A stretch of 32,000 nt of DNA from Nanoarchaeum equitans Kin4-M (GTDB lineage: Archaea > Nanobdellota > Nanobdellia > Nanobdellales > Nanoarchaeaceae), in the NCBI GenBank assembly GCA_000008085.1, contig AE017199.1, forward strand, positions 90,001-122,000, in the 5' to 3' direction. Shown piece after piece: positions 17,638 to 25,906 of this stretch. Below the pieces are notes generated by a model. The model did not search any database. It had not been told where the DNA came from and saw only the letters and a list, made by a program, of their open reading frames with translations. The translations under genes and the position numbers were made by a program. The stretch's first letter is position 1, and every line of letters begins with the position of its first letter.

Positions 17638-18647
17638 ATTATGAGTATGTTGCTAACAAAATCAAAGAATTGGAAAGCCCAGTATTGGTTATAACTGATA
17701 CCGACCCCGATGGAAAGAGCAGTGCTTTGCTGATGAAAGCTATATTAGATAGGCTAAACAAGCAATACAAAATATATCCTAGGCCTTTCGGGAAAAAAGA
17801 AAAGCAATATGGTTATATAATGAATTTGATACAAAAAGAAAAGCCCAATTCTATTATTATGTTAGATTACCCAATCGATGATAGCACTTTAAACAAAATA
17901 GGGGAAAGTTTTAGCAAACCTATAATATATATAGACCACCACAAAAGAAGTGTTCCTCAATTAAAAGATAACATAGTTTATTTTGACATAAGAGCTCTAA
18001 AATTGGAAATCACTTCTACTTCTGGGGCTGTATATAGAATAGGGAAAGCCCTATTTAACGATTTCGGATTATATAGTAATATAGCTGCGATTGGAGCGAT
18101 AGGCGATTTTATGTTTGACCCAATAATTAAAGAAGACCTAGAAAAATACTATCCCTCTTTGTATCAAAAGGGTTCTATTACTCCCATATTCATTTATTTG
18201 TTTGATTTAATATCCTATTCGCCTTTTGAAGATTTAATGAATTTCCCATTTCCCAAAAATGTAAAAGCAATGGGCAAAACCTTTTTCTATAGGTATAAAA
18301 ATTTGGCTGATGCCGTTAAATACTATGAAAGCGATTGTGTTTTAGTTTATAAAGTGAAAAGCTCTACTAGTTTTGTTTCCACTTATTTAAGTGGTCTATA
18401 CCCAGATAAAATTATTGTAGTGTTTACTAAAGTGGTAACTGGTTTATTAGATAGGTTGCCTTTCGTTAATAGATATTATAGAGCAAGCATCAGAAACCAA
18501 TCTAGAAATTTAGATGTAGGAAAAATAGTAATGCAATATAAAAACAAAATCCAAGGTGGGGGCCACCCAAGGGCAGCAGCAATTATGTTGGAATCAAAAT
18601 ATTTAGACCATTTCATTTCTTATCTAGAGTCGAAATGTAATCAATAA
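17634..18647 (+). CDS. DHH-DHHA1 family phosphoesterase (RecJ-like)
   Basis: VITDTDPDGKSSALLMK, IIMLDYP, IYIDHHKRS, GAIGD, and terminal GGGHPRAAA. Confidence 0.85.
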   Translation: MNYEYVANKIKELESPVLVITDTDPDGKSSALLMKAILDRLNKQYKIYPRPFGKKEKQYGYIMNLIQKEKPNSIIMLDYPIDDSTLNKIGESFSKPIIYIDHHKRSVPQLKDNIVYFDIRALKLEITSTSGAVYRIGKALFNDFGLYSNIAAIGAIGDFMFDPIIKEDLEKYYPSLYQKGSITPIFIYLFDLISYSPFEDLMNFPFPKNVKAMGKTFFYRYKNLADAVKYYESDCVLVYKVKSSTSFVSTYLSGLYPDKIIVVFTKVVTGLLDRLPFVNRYYRASIRNQSRNLDVGKIVMQYKNKIQGGGHPRAAAIMLESKYLDHFISYLESKCNQ

Positions 18648-19071
18648 TTTGGTTAACTATAGTATCAACATCTTTATTGGTAACATCTATTTTTATGTAT
18701 TTTTTTCCAACCAATTCGCTTTCTATTATACCAGCGGTTTGGGCCCAGATATTTTCGAAAATTTTGCTAAAGCTATAGCCCCTCTCTTTTAACCTTTGTT
18801 CTATTATTTTCGGATCTGCTATTAGGTATACTACTAAATCCACATCTAATAGATGGGACAAATGGGAATCGATTACACTATTGTCAGGAATTTCTATATT
18901 TAACATATCGTCTTCTATTATATAGCTATCATAAAACCAATCATATTTTGGTTTGTATTTTTCTATTATTAGCTTATTTAAGTCAATGTATTGATAGCCT
19001 AACTTTTTAGCTAATGCTTTAGCTATTGTTGTTTTTCCTACTCCTGGTATGCCAGTAATAGCAATTTTCAT
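18613..19071 (-). CDS. Fap7/AK6-like NMP kinase
   Basis: MKIAITGIPGVGKTTIAKALAKKLGYQYIDLNKLIIE, DSHLSHLL, IADPKIIEQRLKERGYS. Confidence 0.82.
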   Translation of the reverse strand: MKIAITGIPGVGKTTIAKALAKKLGYQYIDLNKLIIEKYKPKYDWFYDSYIIEDDMLNIEIPDNSVIDSHLSHLLDVDLVVYLIADPKIIEQRLKERGYSFSKIFENIWAQTAGIIESELVGKKYIKIDVTNKDVDTIVNQIIDYISTLDKK

Positions 19072-19802
19072 CTTTTTAAGAAAGACAATAATTTATCAAT
19101 GAATGATTCGCTATAAACGAATTTCTCATTTGTTAACCTTTCAGCTATTCGTTTTATGGCAATAGCCCCTTTTGTTTTTTTATTTTCGATAGTTTGATTT
19201 TTCATTGTATATCTTTTTATGGTTGGATCGTAAGGGATTATTCCTAAAATGCTTGTCTCTAGGAAATCTTCTATTGTTGAAGGGTTAACAGAGCCATCAT
19301 ACATATTAATTATTGCCCCTTTAATAGAGATACCTTTTTGTTCTGCTAAAGCCATGGCCTTTGTTGTATCAACCAAAGAAGAGGCATCTGTAGTAGTAAT
19401 AGCAATCGCTTCGTCTGCTCCTAAAATGCTATAACGCATTTCTCTTCCTAAACCAGGGGCAGTATCAATTATTATATAATCGTAATGCTCTTTTAGGCTT
19501 TCAATTACATCTTTTATTTTTTCTGGGTTTATGCCTTGCAAATCCTTTAATCTAATGCTAGCGGGCAAAACATATAGATTGTCTTTTTTTACTATAGCTT
19601 CGCTTACATTTATGTCTCCTCTTAATACATCATTCAATGTATATAATGGGTTTAATCCTAAAAATATAGCAACATTTGGAGTAGTAAGGTTTCCATCTAT
19701 TAATAAAGTTCTAAACTTTGTGGAAAGGACTTTTGCTAAGTTAACAGATATTGTCGTTTTACCAACCCCACCTTTGCCAGATAATATAGCTATCGCTGGC
19801 AT
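19068..19802 (-). CDS. minD: MinD/ParA-family ATPase
   Basis: AILSGKGGVGKTTISVNLAKVL deviant Walker A, LIDGNLTTPN, YDYIIIDTAPGLGREMRYSI. Confidence 0.88.
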   Translation of the reverse strand: MPAIAILSGKGGVGKTTISVNLAKVLSTKFRTLLIDGNLTTPNVAIFLGLNPLYTLNDVLRGDINVSEAIVKKDNLYVLPASIRLKDLQGINPEKIKDVIESLKEHYDYIIIDTAPGLGREMRYSILGADEAIAITTTDASSLVDTTKAMALAEQKGISIKGAIINMYDGSVNPSTIEDFLETSILGIIPYDPTIKRYTMKNQTIENKKTKGAIAIKRIAERLTNEKFVYSESFIDKLLSFLKR

Positions 19803-19842
19803 TGGGTTTTTTATATAAAATTTATTCTTAAATATCCTATTT

Positions 19843-20592
19843 CTATTGACTAGTAGTTAAACCTAGCTTGTTTGCCAAATAGCTAATATAATTATACAGG
19901 TTTTCTTCCATTGTAGATTCGAAATAGCTTAAAGCGTATAATATATTGGCAGAACAGCTAGTTAAACATCTTATTTTTAATGAATATATTTTATAAGAGT
20001 TAACGAAAGCACCTAAAACTATTTTATTAGGTTTGCAATACAAAGACCACTCTTTAAACACTGTTAAATTGTAAAAATTATCGTTATTGCTGTTTTCTAT
20101 AGCCCCAGTATTTAATTGGCACCCCTTCATAAATAGGGTTACATTGTATACCTTATCTTGAGGCATTGTAATTTTTATTATATTGTTTTTCTCCTCTATA
20201 GGGATTTCGCTAATTATTCCAGTTCTTTTTCCATATATATAGAAGGGCGAATAGTATACTATATAAAAATCTGCTGTAGTGTTACCAGCAAGTTTACTTT
20301 TATCTATTTCATAATAAAATGCCTCTGTTTTATCTGGGAATACTGTTTTAGGTTGGGGAGTATAAGAGATTTGAGGACTAACTATTGTAAAGTTTATGGG
20401 CAATCTCCCCCTATTGGTTACTAAAAACGTTAGTTTTATTTTATTGTCCTTTATTGGGATTTCACTATACTTTGGAACAGTTATATATAAAAATTTGCTA
20501 AAAGTGGGTTTTGGTTCTATTTTTTTAGGTTTTGTTTGCTGTAATTGTATACAACCGGAGAGCATAAATAATATAATTAGTAGGGGCCACAC
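19843..20592 (-). CDS. Putative lipoprotein / surface protein
   Basis: The ORF track starts at 20610, but GTG 20592 gives MWPLLIILFMLSGCIQLQQ (lipobox-like LSGC). It lies 23.5 bp from the TATTTAAATA centre at 20615.5. Confidence 0.5.
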   Translation of the reverse strand: MWPLLIILFMLSGCIQLQQTKPKKIEPKPTFSKFLYITVPKYSEIPIKDNKIKLTFLVTNRGRLPINFTIVSPQISYTPQPKTVFPDKTEAFYYEIDKSKLAGNTTADFYIVYYSPFYIYGKRTGIISEIPIEEKNNIIKITMPQDKVYNVTLFMKGCQLNTGAIENSNNDNFYNLTVFKEWSLYCKPNKIVLGAFVNSYKIYSLKIRCLTSCSANILYALSYFESTMEENLYNYISYLANKLGLTTSQ

Positions 20593-20670
20593 TGTAGTAT
20601 AAACAATCATTATTTAAATACTTGGGAGTGAGAACAAAACCCATTTAAATGTTGGTAAAAAAATAAAATA

Positions 20671-21036
20671 ATGTTATTCGAGAAAAATAAAAATAAAGAT
20701 GATTTGGCATTCAAATTTTTAGAGGCTATTAAAGAGGAAGCGGAAGAAATCCCAAAAGAAGAGCCAAAACAAGAGGTTAAAGAGAGTGTAAAAGAGAACA
20801 ATATTGAACAAATAGAGAAGCCTTCTTTATTTATACACATTGATGATTATGAAGAGTTGAACAATTTATTAACAGAGATGCAAAAATATTTAGAAGAATT
20901 AAAAAAATTGTTAAATAGCTATAACCAATTACATGAGGAAGAAACCAAATTGTTAGAGGAATGGGGAAACAAAATAGATGATAGCAAAGAGAGAATAGCA
21001 AAGATATTGGAGATTTTGCAAGTGAAAGCTTTTTAA
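20671..21036 (+). CDS. Acidic coiled-coil protein, unknown function
   Basis: E/K-rich sequence with predicted heptad-like segments. CATTTAAATG is centred 24.5 bp upstream of the ATG. Confidence 0.6.
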   Translation: MLFEKNKNKDDLAFKFLEAIKEEAEEIPKEEPKQEVKESVKENNIEQIEKPSLFIHIDDYEELNNLLTEMQKYLEELKKLLNSYNQLHEEETKLLEEWGNKIDDSKERIAKILEILQVKAF

Positions 21037-21038
21037 AA
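21031..21038 (+). promoter_or_regulatory. TTTTAAAA TATA-like box for tRNA-Gly
   Basis: Centre 21034.5 is 23.5 bp upstream of tRNA nucleotide +1 (21058). It overlaps the stop codon of the upstream ORF. Confidence 0.5.
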
Positions 21039-21057
21039 TAGGAATTCACTATGCCCG

Positions 21058-21129
21058 GCGCCCGTAGTCTAGGGGAAGGACGCCGGCCTGCCAAGCCGGA
21101 GGTCCCGGGTTCGAATCCCGGCGGGCGCA
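21058..21129 (+). tRNA. tRNA-Gly (GCC)
   Basis: Acceptor GCGCCCG/CGGGCGC, D-stem GTCT/GGAC, anticodon arm CCGGC-CTGCCAA-GCCGG, T arm CCGGG-TTCGAAT-CCCGG. CCA is not encoded. Confidence 0.96.
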
Positions 21130-21551
21130 TTCCTATCTATATTGGTATCCCTAATGCAACATTAGTTAAAGGTTTAGCATTAGAACTAAAAAAGAACGAA
21201 TTGGAATTAACATTAATTTGGACCCAATTAAAAGAGATTAGAGAGAAAAAATTTATAATAGTTCAAAACATGAAAGAGAAGGCAAAGCAAATACAATCTA
21301 TATTAAAGGTTATAAAAGAGAAGTTGCCTGCAGTAGATAAAAAAGAGATAGAAAAGCTATTTGTTAAAAAAACAGAGAAACAAAAAGAAGCAAAACCCGA
21401 AGTAAAGAAGGAAAAAGAAGAAAAACCAAAAGAAGAGAAAAAAGAGAAGCCAAAAAAGCAGAGCAAAAAGAAAACCAAAACCGATAATATAAATGATTTA
21501 AAAAAACAAATAGAAGAGATAGAAAAAATGTTAGAAGAATTAAAACTCTAA
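21129..21551 (+). CDS. Lys/Glu-rich coiled-coil protein immediately downstream of tRNA-Gly; start uncertain
   Basis: The frame is open through and after the tRNA. There is no ATG or GTG near the tRNA 3' end, and the first in-frame TTG is at 21201. A non-canonical start or an N-terminus at 21201 is possible. Confidence 0.45.
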   Translation: MPIYIGIPNATLVKGLALELKKNELELTLIWTQLKEIREKKFIIVQNMKEKAKQIQSILKVIKEKLPAVDKKEIEKLFVKKTEKQKEAKPEVKKEKEEKPKEEKKEKPKKQSKKKTKTDNINDLKKQIEEIEKMLEELKL

Positions 21552-22301
21552 ATTTACTATTAGTCCATCTCTAGCTGCAATAGTTCTTACATTGGTTCTT
21601 TTTTCAATTATTTCTGCCATTTTTGCTGGCCCCTCTTTTATTATTCTTTTACCGAAATGTGTTAGTATTAACATTTTCGGTTTTGCCAATTTTGCTAACC
21701 TAATAGCATCGTCTAAGCTTAAATGTTTATTGCTAGTAAAACCAAAAGGATACAAGGTATTAGCTATTAAAACATCTACATTTTCGAAAAACTTGGCCAA
21801 TTCCGGAAAATACCTTGTATCTGCAGTATAACCTATTGTTTTATCATTTACTTCTATTTTCATTCCTAATGTATATGGATCTGTATGTTTTGTTCTTATT
21901 GATTTTACTTTTAGATTTTCGTCTTCGTATTCTCTTAGAACTTCGTAATGGTCTAAATAGTTTAAATAATTGCGCCTAACTATTGGGTAGCCAAATTCTG
22001 GGGTTTCTTTTAAAACGCTTTCACTTGCTAATAAAATACCTCTCTTTTTTATACCCCCCAAGGTTATAGCATCTATTACTGCATTAACATCATTGGCATG
22101 GTCTAAATGGACATGGCTAACCAATATATATCTAACCTTTCTTATATCGATGTTATACATTTTTGCCCTAACTAATGCGCCCTCTCCTGGGTCTACATGT
22201 ATATAAGTTTTTCCATTATCTATTATAAAACCGCCTGTCCCTCTAATTTGGGTAGCAAAAACATTTCTACCTCCACCGCTACCTAGGAATATTATACGCA
22301 T
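21540..22301 (-). CDS. Metallo-beta-lactamase-fold hydrolase
   Basis: MRIIFLGSGGGRNVFATQIRGTGGFII, SHVHLDHANDVN, ADTRYFPEL, LILTHFGKR. Confidence 0.85.
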   Translation of the reverse strand: MRIIFLGSGGGRNVFATQIRGTGGFIIDNGKTYIHVDPGEGALVRAKMYNIDIRKVRYILVSHVHLDHANDVNAVIDAITLGGIKKRGILLASESVLKETPEFGYPIVRRNYLNYLDHYEVLREYEDENLKVKSIRTKHTDPYTLGMKIEVNDKTIGYTADTRYFPELAKFFENVDVLIANTLYPFGFTSNKHLSLDDAIRLAKLAKPKMLILTHFGKRIIKEGPAKMAEIIEKRTNVRTIAARDGLIVNLEF

Positions 22302-22318
22302 TAGGCACTATAACTCTA

Positions 22319-23551
22319 TTATTTAAGAAATCTTTGAAAGAATAATTTTTTGTCTTTTTCCCCAATTTCGAATTGGCCGAAAGGCCAAGCATAATCTAAT
22401 ATGTCATTTATTTGGCTTTTATCGAGCTTTTTCAATTGTTCTATTGCATATCTTAAATCGCTTCTTAATTCGGTTAATTCGCCCTGGTATAGAATACCTA
22501 CTCTCTTCGTTATTGGTTCGTGTTCTTTTAATTTTTCATACAAGTTTTCTAAAACATATTTAGTAGCAAAATAAATAGAAGGGTGTGCGTGGGCCTTTAT
22601 TATAACATAATCCCATAGCCTATTTTGCCTAATCAAATCTCTTATAAAATTTATTTCGTTTCTAAGAACTAATAAATTATGTTTCGCTATTATGTAAGTT
22701 TTATTTTCCATCCCTTTAAGTTCGCTCGCTTTGTAATCTAGTATATAACTATCTGTTAAATCTTCCAATCTAAATGTTCTGAAAGGAGTTAAAATTCTCT
22801 CCTCTTTCGCGAATAAAGAGTAGGAAGCAGAATCAAATAGATCTGCGCCCAAAGCAACAAACAAAGGCATAATTAATGGATGGCCCAACCCAAATAAATG
22901 GACTGGTCTATCCCTTGGTATATCTAATAATAAGGGCCCTATTATTTTTGCTAAGCTTTCTATTTTATATTGGTTCATATATGGGACTATTCCCCCTATA
23001 GCATATATGTCAATATCTAATTTGGAAACTTCTTCCAAAGCTTTGTATCTTAGATCTAAATATTTGTCTCCCTGTATTGGTCCATTGATTGCAAAATTTG
23101 CCATCTCTATGGCTTGTTTTAGCCTTTCTAATGTTATTTCTAAATCTTTTTTAGCTTCTTCGTATGTTTTACCATAGGAGGGAATATCCAAAATATTACC
23201 TATATCTACCCCAATCTCGTTTTGGAAATAAATAATATCTTCATTTTCTATATCTATATCGCCATATTGCAATAATTGGTATGCTCCTGAATCGGTTTCA
23301 ATAATACCATCGAAGCCCAAAAAATTATGAATACCTTTTTCCATTACTTCTTCTTTTCTTTTAAACAAAATATATGCATTAGTAATTATAGCGTTGAAAC
23401 CCATTTTTTTGATCTCTTTTATGGGCAATTCTTGTTTAAATGGGTTAATAACTGGGAATAGATATGGAGTTTCAATAGTTTTCCCATTTAGTTTTATTTT
23501 TCCAACTTTGCCAGCAGCATCTTTATATTTTATTTCAAACTTTATTTTCAT
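22319..23551 (-). CDS. tgtA: Archaeosine tRNA-guanine transglycosylase
   Basis: ETDSGAYQLLQYGDIDIENEDIIYFQNEIGVDIGNILDIP, RPVHLFGLGHPLIMPLFVALGADLFDSASY. The start at 23551 is preferred over 23563 from the TTTATAAA spacing (24.5 bp). Confidence 0.9.
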   Translation of the reverse strand: MKIKFEIKYKDAAGKVGKIKLNGKTIETPYLFPVINPFKQELPIKEIKKMGFNAIITNAYILFKRKEEVMEKGIHNFLGFDGIIETDSGAYQLLQYGDIDIENEDIIYFQNEIGVDIGNILDIPSYGKTYEEAKKDLEITLERLKQAIEMANFAINGPIQGDKYLDLRYKALEEVSKLDIDIYAIGGIVPYMNQYKIESLAKIIGPLLLDIPRDRPVHLFGLGHPLIMPLFVALGADLFDSASYSLFAKEERILTPFRTFRLEDLTDSYILDYKASELKGMENKTYIIAKHNLLVLRNEINFIRDLIRQNRLWDYVIIKAHAHPSIYFATKYVLENLYEKLKEHEPITKRVGILYQGELTELRSDLRYAIEQLKKLDKSQINDILDYAWPFGQFEIGEKDKKLFFQRFLK

Positions 23552-23580
23552 ATACAAGAACAAAAAAACAATTTATAAAA

Positions 23581-23628
23581 TCAGCCCCTGCAAGTTCTTC
23601 ACTAATCTGTTCCGCCATCTCTCATCAT
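23581..23628 (-). ncRNA. Candidate archaeal C/D box sRNA
   Basis: Minus strand 23628->23581 reads ATGATGA-GAGATGGCGGAA-CAGA-TTA-GTGAAGA-ACTTGCAGGGG-CTGA, i.e. C-12nt-D'-3nt-C'-11nt-D. It lies in the tgtA/fibrillarin intergenic region. Confidence 0.6.
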
Positions 23629-23661
23629 TCAGAGCTATAAAATATTGATAGAAAAATGCAT

Positions 23662-24354
23662 ATGCCTAAGAATATAAAGGTTAAACCCCACAAACTTGAA
23701 GGTGTATATATAGGAAATAACAAGTTTTTGTTAACGAAAAACTTAGTAAAAGGTCAAAAGGTTTATACTGAAAGAATATTCAAATCTAAAGGGGAAGAAT
23801 ATAGAGAATGGATTCCATTTAGATCTAAATTAGCATCAGCAATAAAGAAAGGGCTAAAAACTTGGCCTTTCAAAAAAGGAACTATCGTATTATATTTAGG
23901 AATAGCCTCCGGTACTACAGCTTCTCATATAAGCGATATAATTGGGGAAGAAGGAATAATATTTGGGGTAGAATTTGCTCCTAGAGTTTTAAGAGAACTA
24001 ATGTTTGTAGCTAAAAAAAGAAAAAACATAGTACCAATATTGGCGGATGCGAACCAACCAGAAACTTACCAACATATAGTAGTGCAAAGCGATGTTATCT
24101 ATCAAGATGTTGCTCAACCCCACCAAGTTGAGATATTTTTGAAAAATTTAAGATTTTTCGCTAAGCCAAACGCAATTGGATTTTTGGCGGTAAAAGCTAG
24201 ATCAATAGATGTAACCAAAGATCCAAAGGTTATATTTAGAGAGGTCGAAAGAAAATTAAGAGAGGCGAAATTACAATTATTAGAATCAATAAGGTTAGAC
24301 CCATATCATAAAGACCATATGATGTTTGTTGTAAAAGTTCCAAAAGCATGGTAG
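23662..24354 (+). CDS. flpA: Fibrillarin-like rRNA/tRNA 2'-O-methyltransferase
   Basis: [64 protein letters not shown]...[11 protein letters not shown]-type motif. Start is 23656 or 23662. Confidence 0.95.
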
Positions 24355-25526
24355 GCGAATTATATCGATTTATTACAGATTTTGGTGTAATAGAGGGCTA
24401 CATAATAAAAGAAGAGCCCAATTATTATTTAATAAAGTTAAAAAACGGTTATAATATTGGAATAAAAAAATCCCAAATAAAAGAGATGGAAAATTTGAAT
24501 GAAAAAATAAAAGTTGGGCAATTCCCAAAAAGAAAACCCAAAGGAATAGGAAATCTTGGTTTCATTTATACTGGAGGTACTATAGGAAGTAAAGTCGACT
24601 ATTTAACTGGGGGGGTATCAGCTATAATGGATATAGAGGAACTATTAGCTATAGCTGATTTGCCTTACGATATAAAAATAATTGATTCCCCTTTTGTAAA
24701 GTTTTCCGAAGACCTAAATCCAAAGGATTGGGTAGAAATTGTAAAATCTATAGAAAGAACATACAAAAAAGGGGCTGAAGGTATTATAGTTGCGCATGGC
24801 ACAGATACAATGCATTTTTCTTCTGCTTATGCTTATTATGCTTTAGAAAACCCAATCCCTATAGCTTTTACCGGGGCACAGAGAAGCAGTGATAGAGCTT
24901 CAACCGATGCGGTAATAAATTTGTTTGCTTCTTCTATTTATGCCAATTCCAATATTGGAGAAGTAGCAATAGTGATGCATGAAACAATTAATGATGATAC
25001 AGCTATCGCCATTAGAGGTATATCTGCTAGAAAAATGCATTCCACAAGGAGAGACGCATTTAAATCGATAAACGAAGAGCCATTAGCTAGGATTTATTAT
25101 CCATCTGGTAAATTAGAGATAATAAACAAAAAATATAGGAAAAGAAGCGATAAAGAGATGGTTGCAAAACCATATTTAGATACTAAAGGTGCATTGATTT
25201 GGGTATACCCCGGTTTCGATCCTTCTATTTTAGAATACTATAGAAACTATAGAGGTATAATAATTGCTGGTACTGGGATGGGACACACATCCAAAGAGCT
25301 AATACCTATGTTAAAAGAGTTATCAAAAGATTTATTTATTGGAATAACAACCCAATGTATTTATGGTATAACCCACCCATATGTGTATTCTAGAGGAAGA
25401 GAGCTATCAAAATTTGCTACTTATTTACAAGGCACCCCAGAAAAGAATTATGTAAAACTATTGTATGTCTTGGGGAAAGAAAGCGATTTAGATGGCATAA
25501 AAAAAGAGATGAAAAGATTGCCTTGA
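24348..25526 (+). CDS. gatD: Glu-tRNA(Gln) amidotransferase subunit D
   Basis: [55 protein letters not shown], archaeal GatD architecture. Confidence 0.93.
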
Positions 25527-25906
25527 AATCCTATTTATTGTTAATTTATTTGCCTAGAGATACAGAAATAAAAACAAAAGCGAAAAAATTCTTTTTGAAA
25601 AAAGGCTATTATGTATATGTGGGCTCAATGAAAATTGGGATTAAAAGAGTTATTAGGCATTTTAAGAAAAACAAGAAAAAACATTGGCATATCGATTTTC
25701 TCTTAGAAAAAGCCCAACCAATATTTGCTATTCTTTTGGATTTAGAAGAAAAAGAGTTATCAAAACTAATGGAAAATTATGGTAAACCTATAGAAGGATT
25801 CGGTAATACCGATTTAGATACCAAATCAAATTTGTTTTTCCTTCCTTCTAACGAGATAGCCCTCGATAAACAAAGCATCTATATTACAATCGATAAAATC
25901 GGTTAA
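25523..25906 (+). CDS. DUF123 / COG1833-like GIY-YIG-related protein
   Basis: YLLLIYLPRDTEI...KKGYYVYVGSMKIGIKRVIRHFKKNKKKHWHIDFLLEKA...GFGNTDLDTKSNLFFL. Confidence 0.8.
   Translation: MKSYLLLIYLPRDTEIKTKAKKFFLKKGYYVYVGSMKIGIKRVIRHFKKNKKKHWHIDFLLEKAQPIFAILLDLEEKELSKLMENYGKPIEGFGNTDLDTKSNLFFLPSNEIALDKQSIYITIDKIG

Noticed and set aside
20611-20660. Hairpin or repeat formed by TATTTAAATA ... CATTTAAATG between divergent genes
   Set aside because: Best explained as two independent TATA boxes, each at leaderless spacing to its own gene (20592 and 20671), rather than a structured RNA.
21051-21128. ATG 21051 as the true start of the coiled-coil protein
   Set aside because: The first 26 codons are the tRNA-Gly gene itself (MPGARSLGEGRRPAKPEVPGSNPGGR), so translation of this part is very unlikely.
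20831-21130. 99-aa minus ORF MRPPGFEPGTSGLAGRRPSPRLRAPG...
   Set aside because: The N-terminus is the antisense translation of tRNA-Gly (a classic spurious annotation), and the rest is antisense to the coiled-coil ORF.
24977-25010. AATGATGATACAGC resembling a C box on the plus strand in gatD
   Set aside because: No CTGA-like box at 12 nt and no C'/D pair. Occurs in conserved gatD coding sequence.
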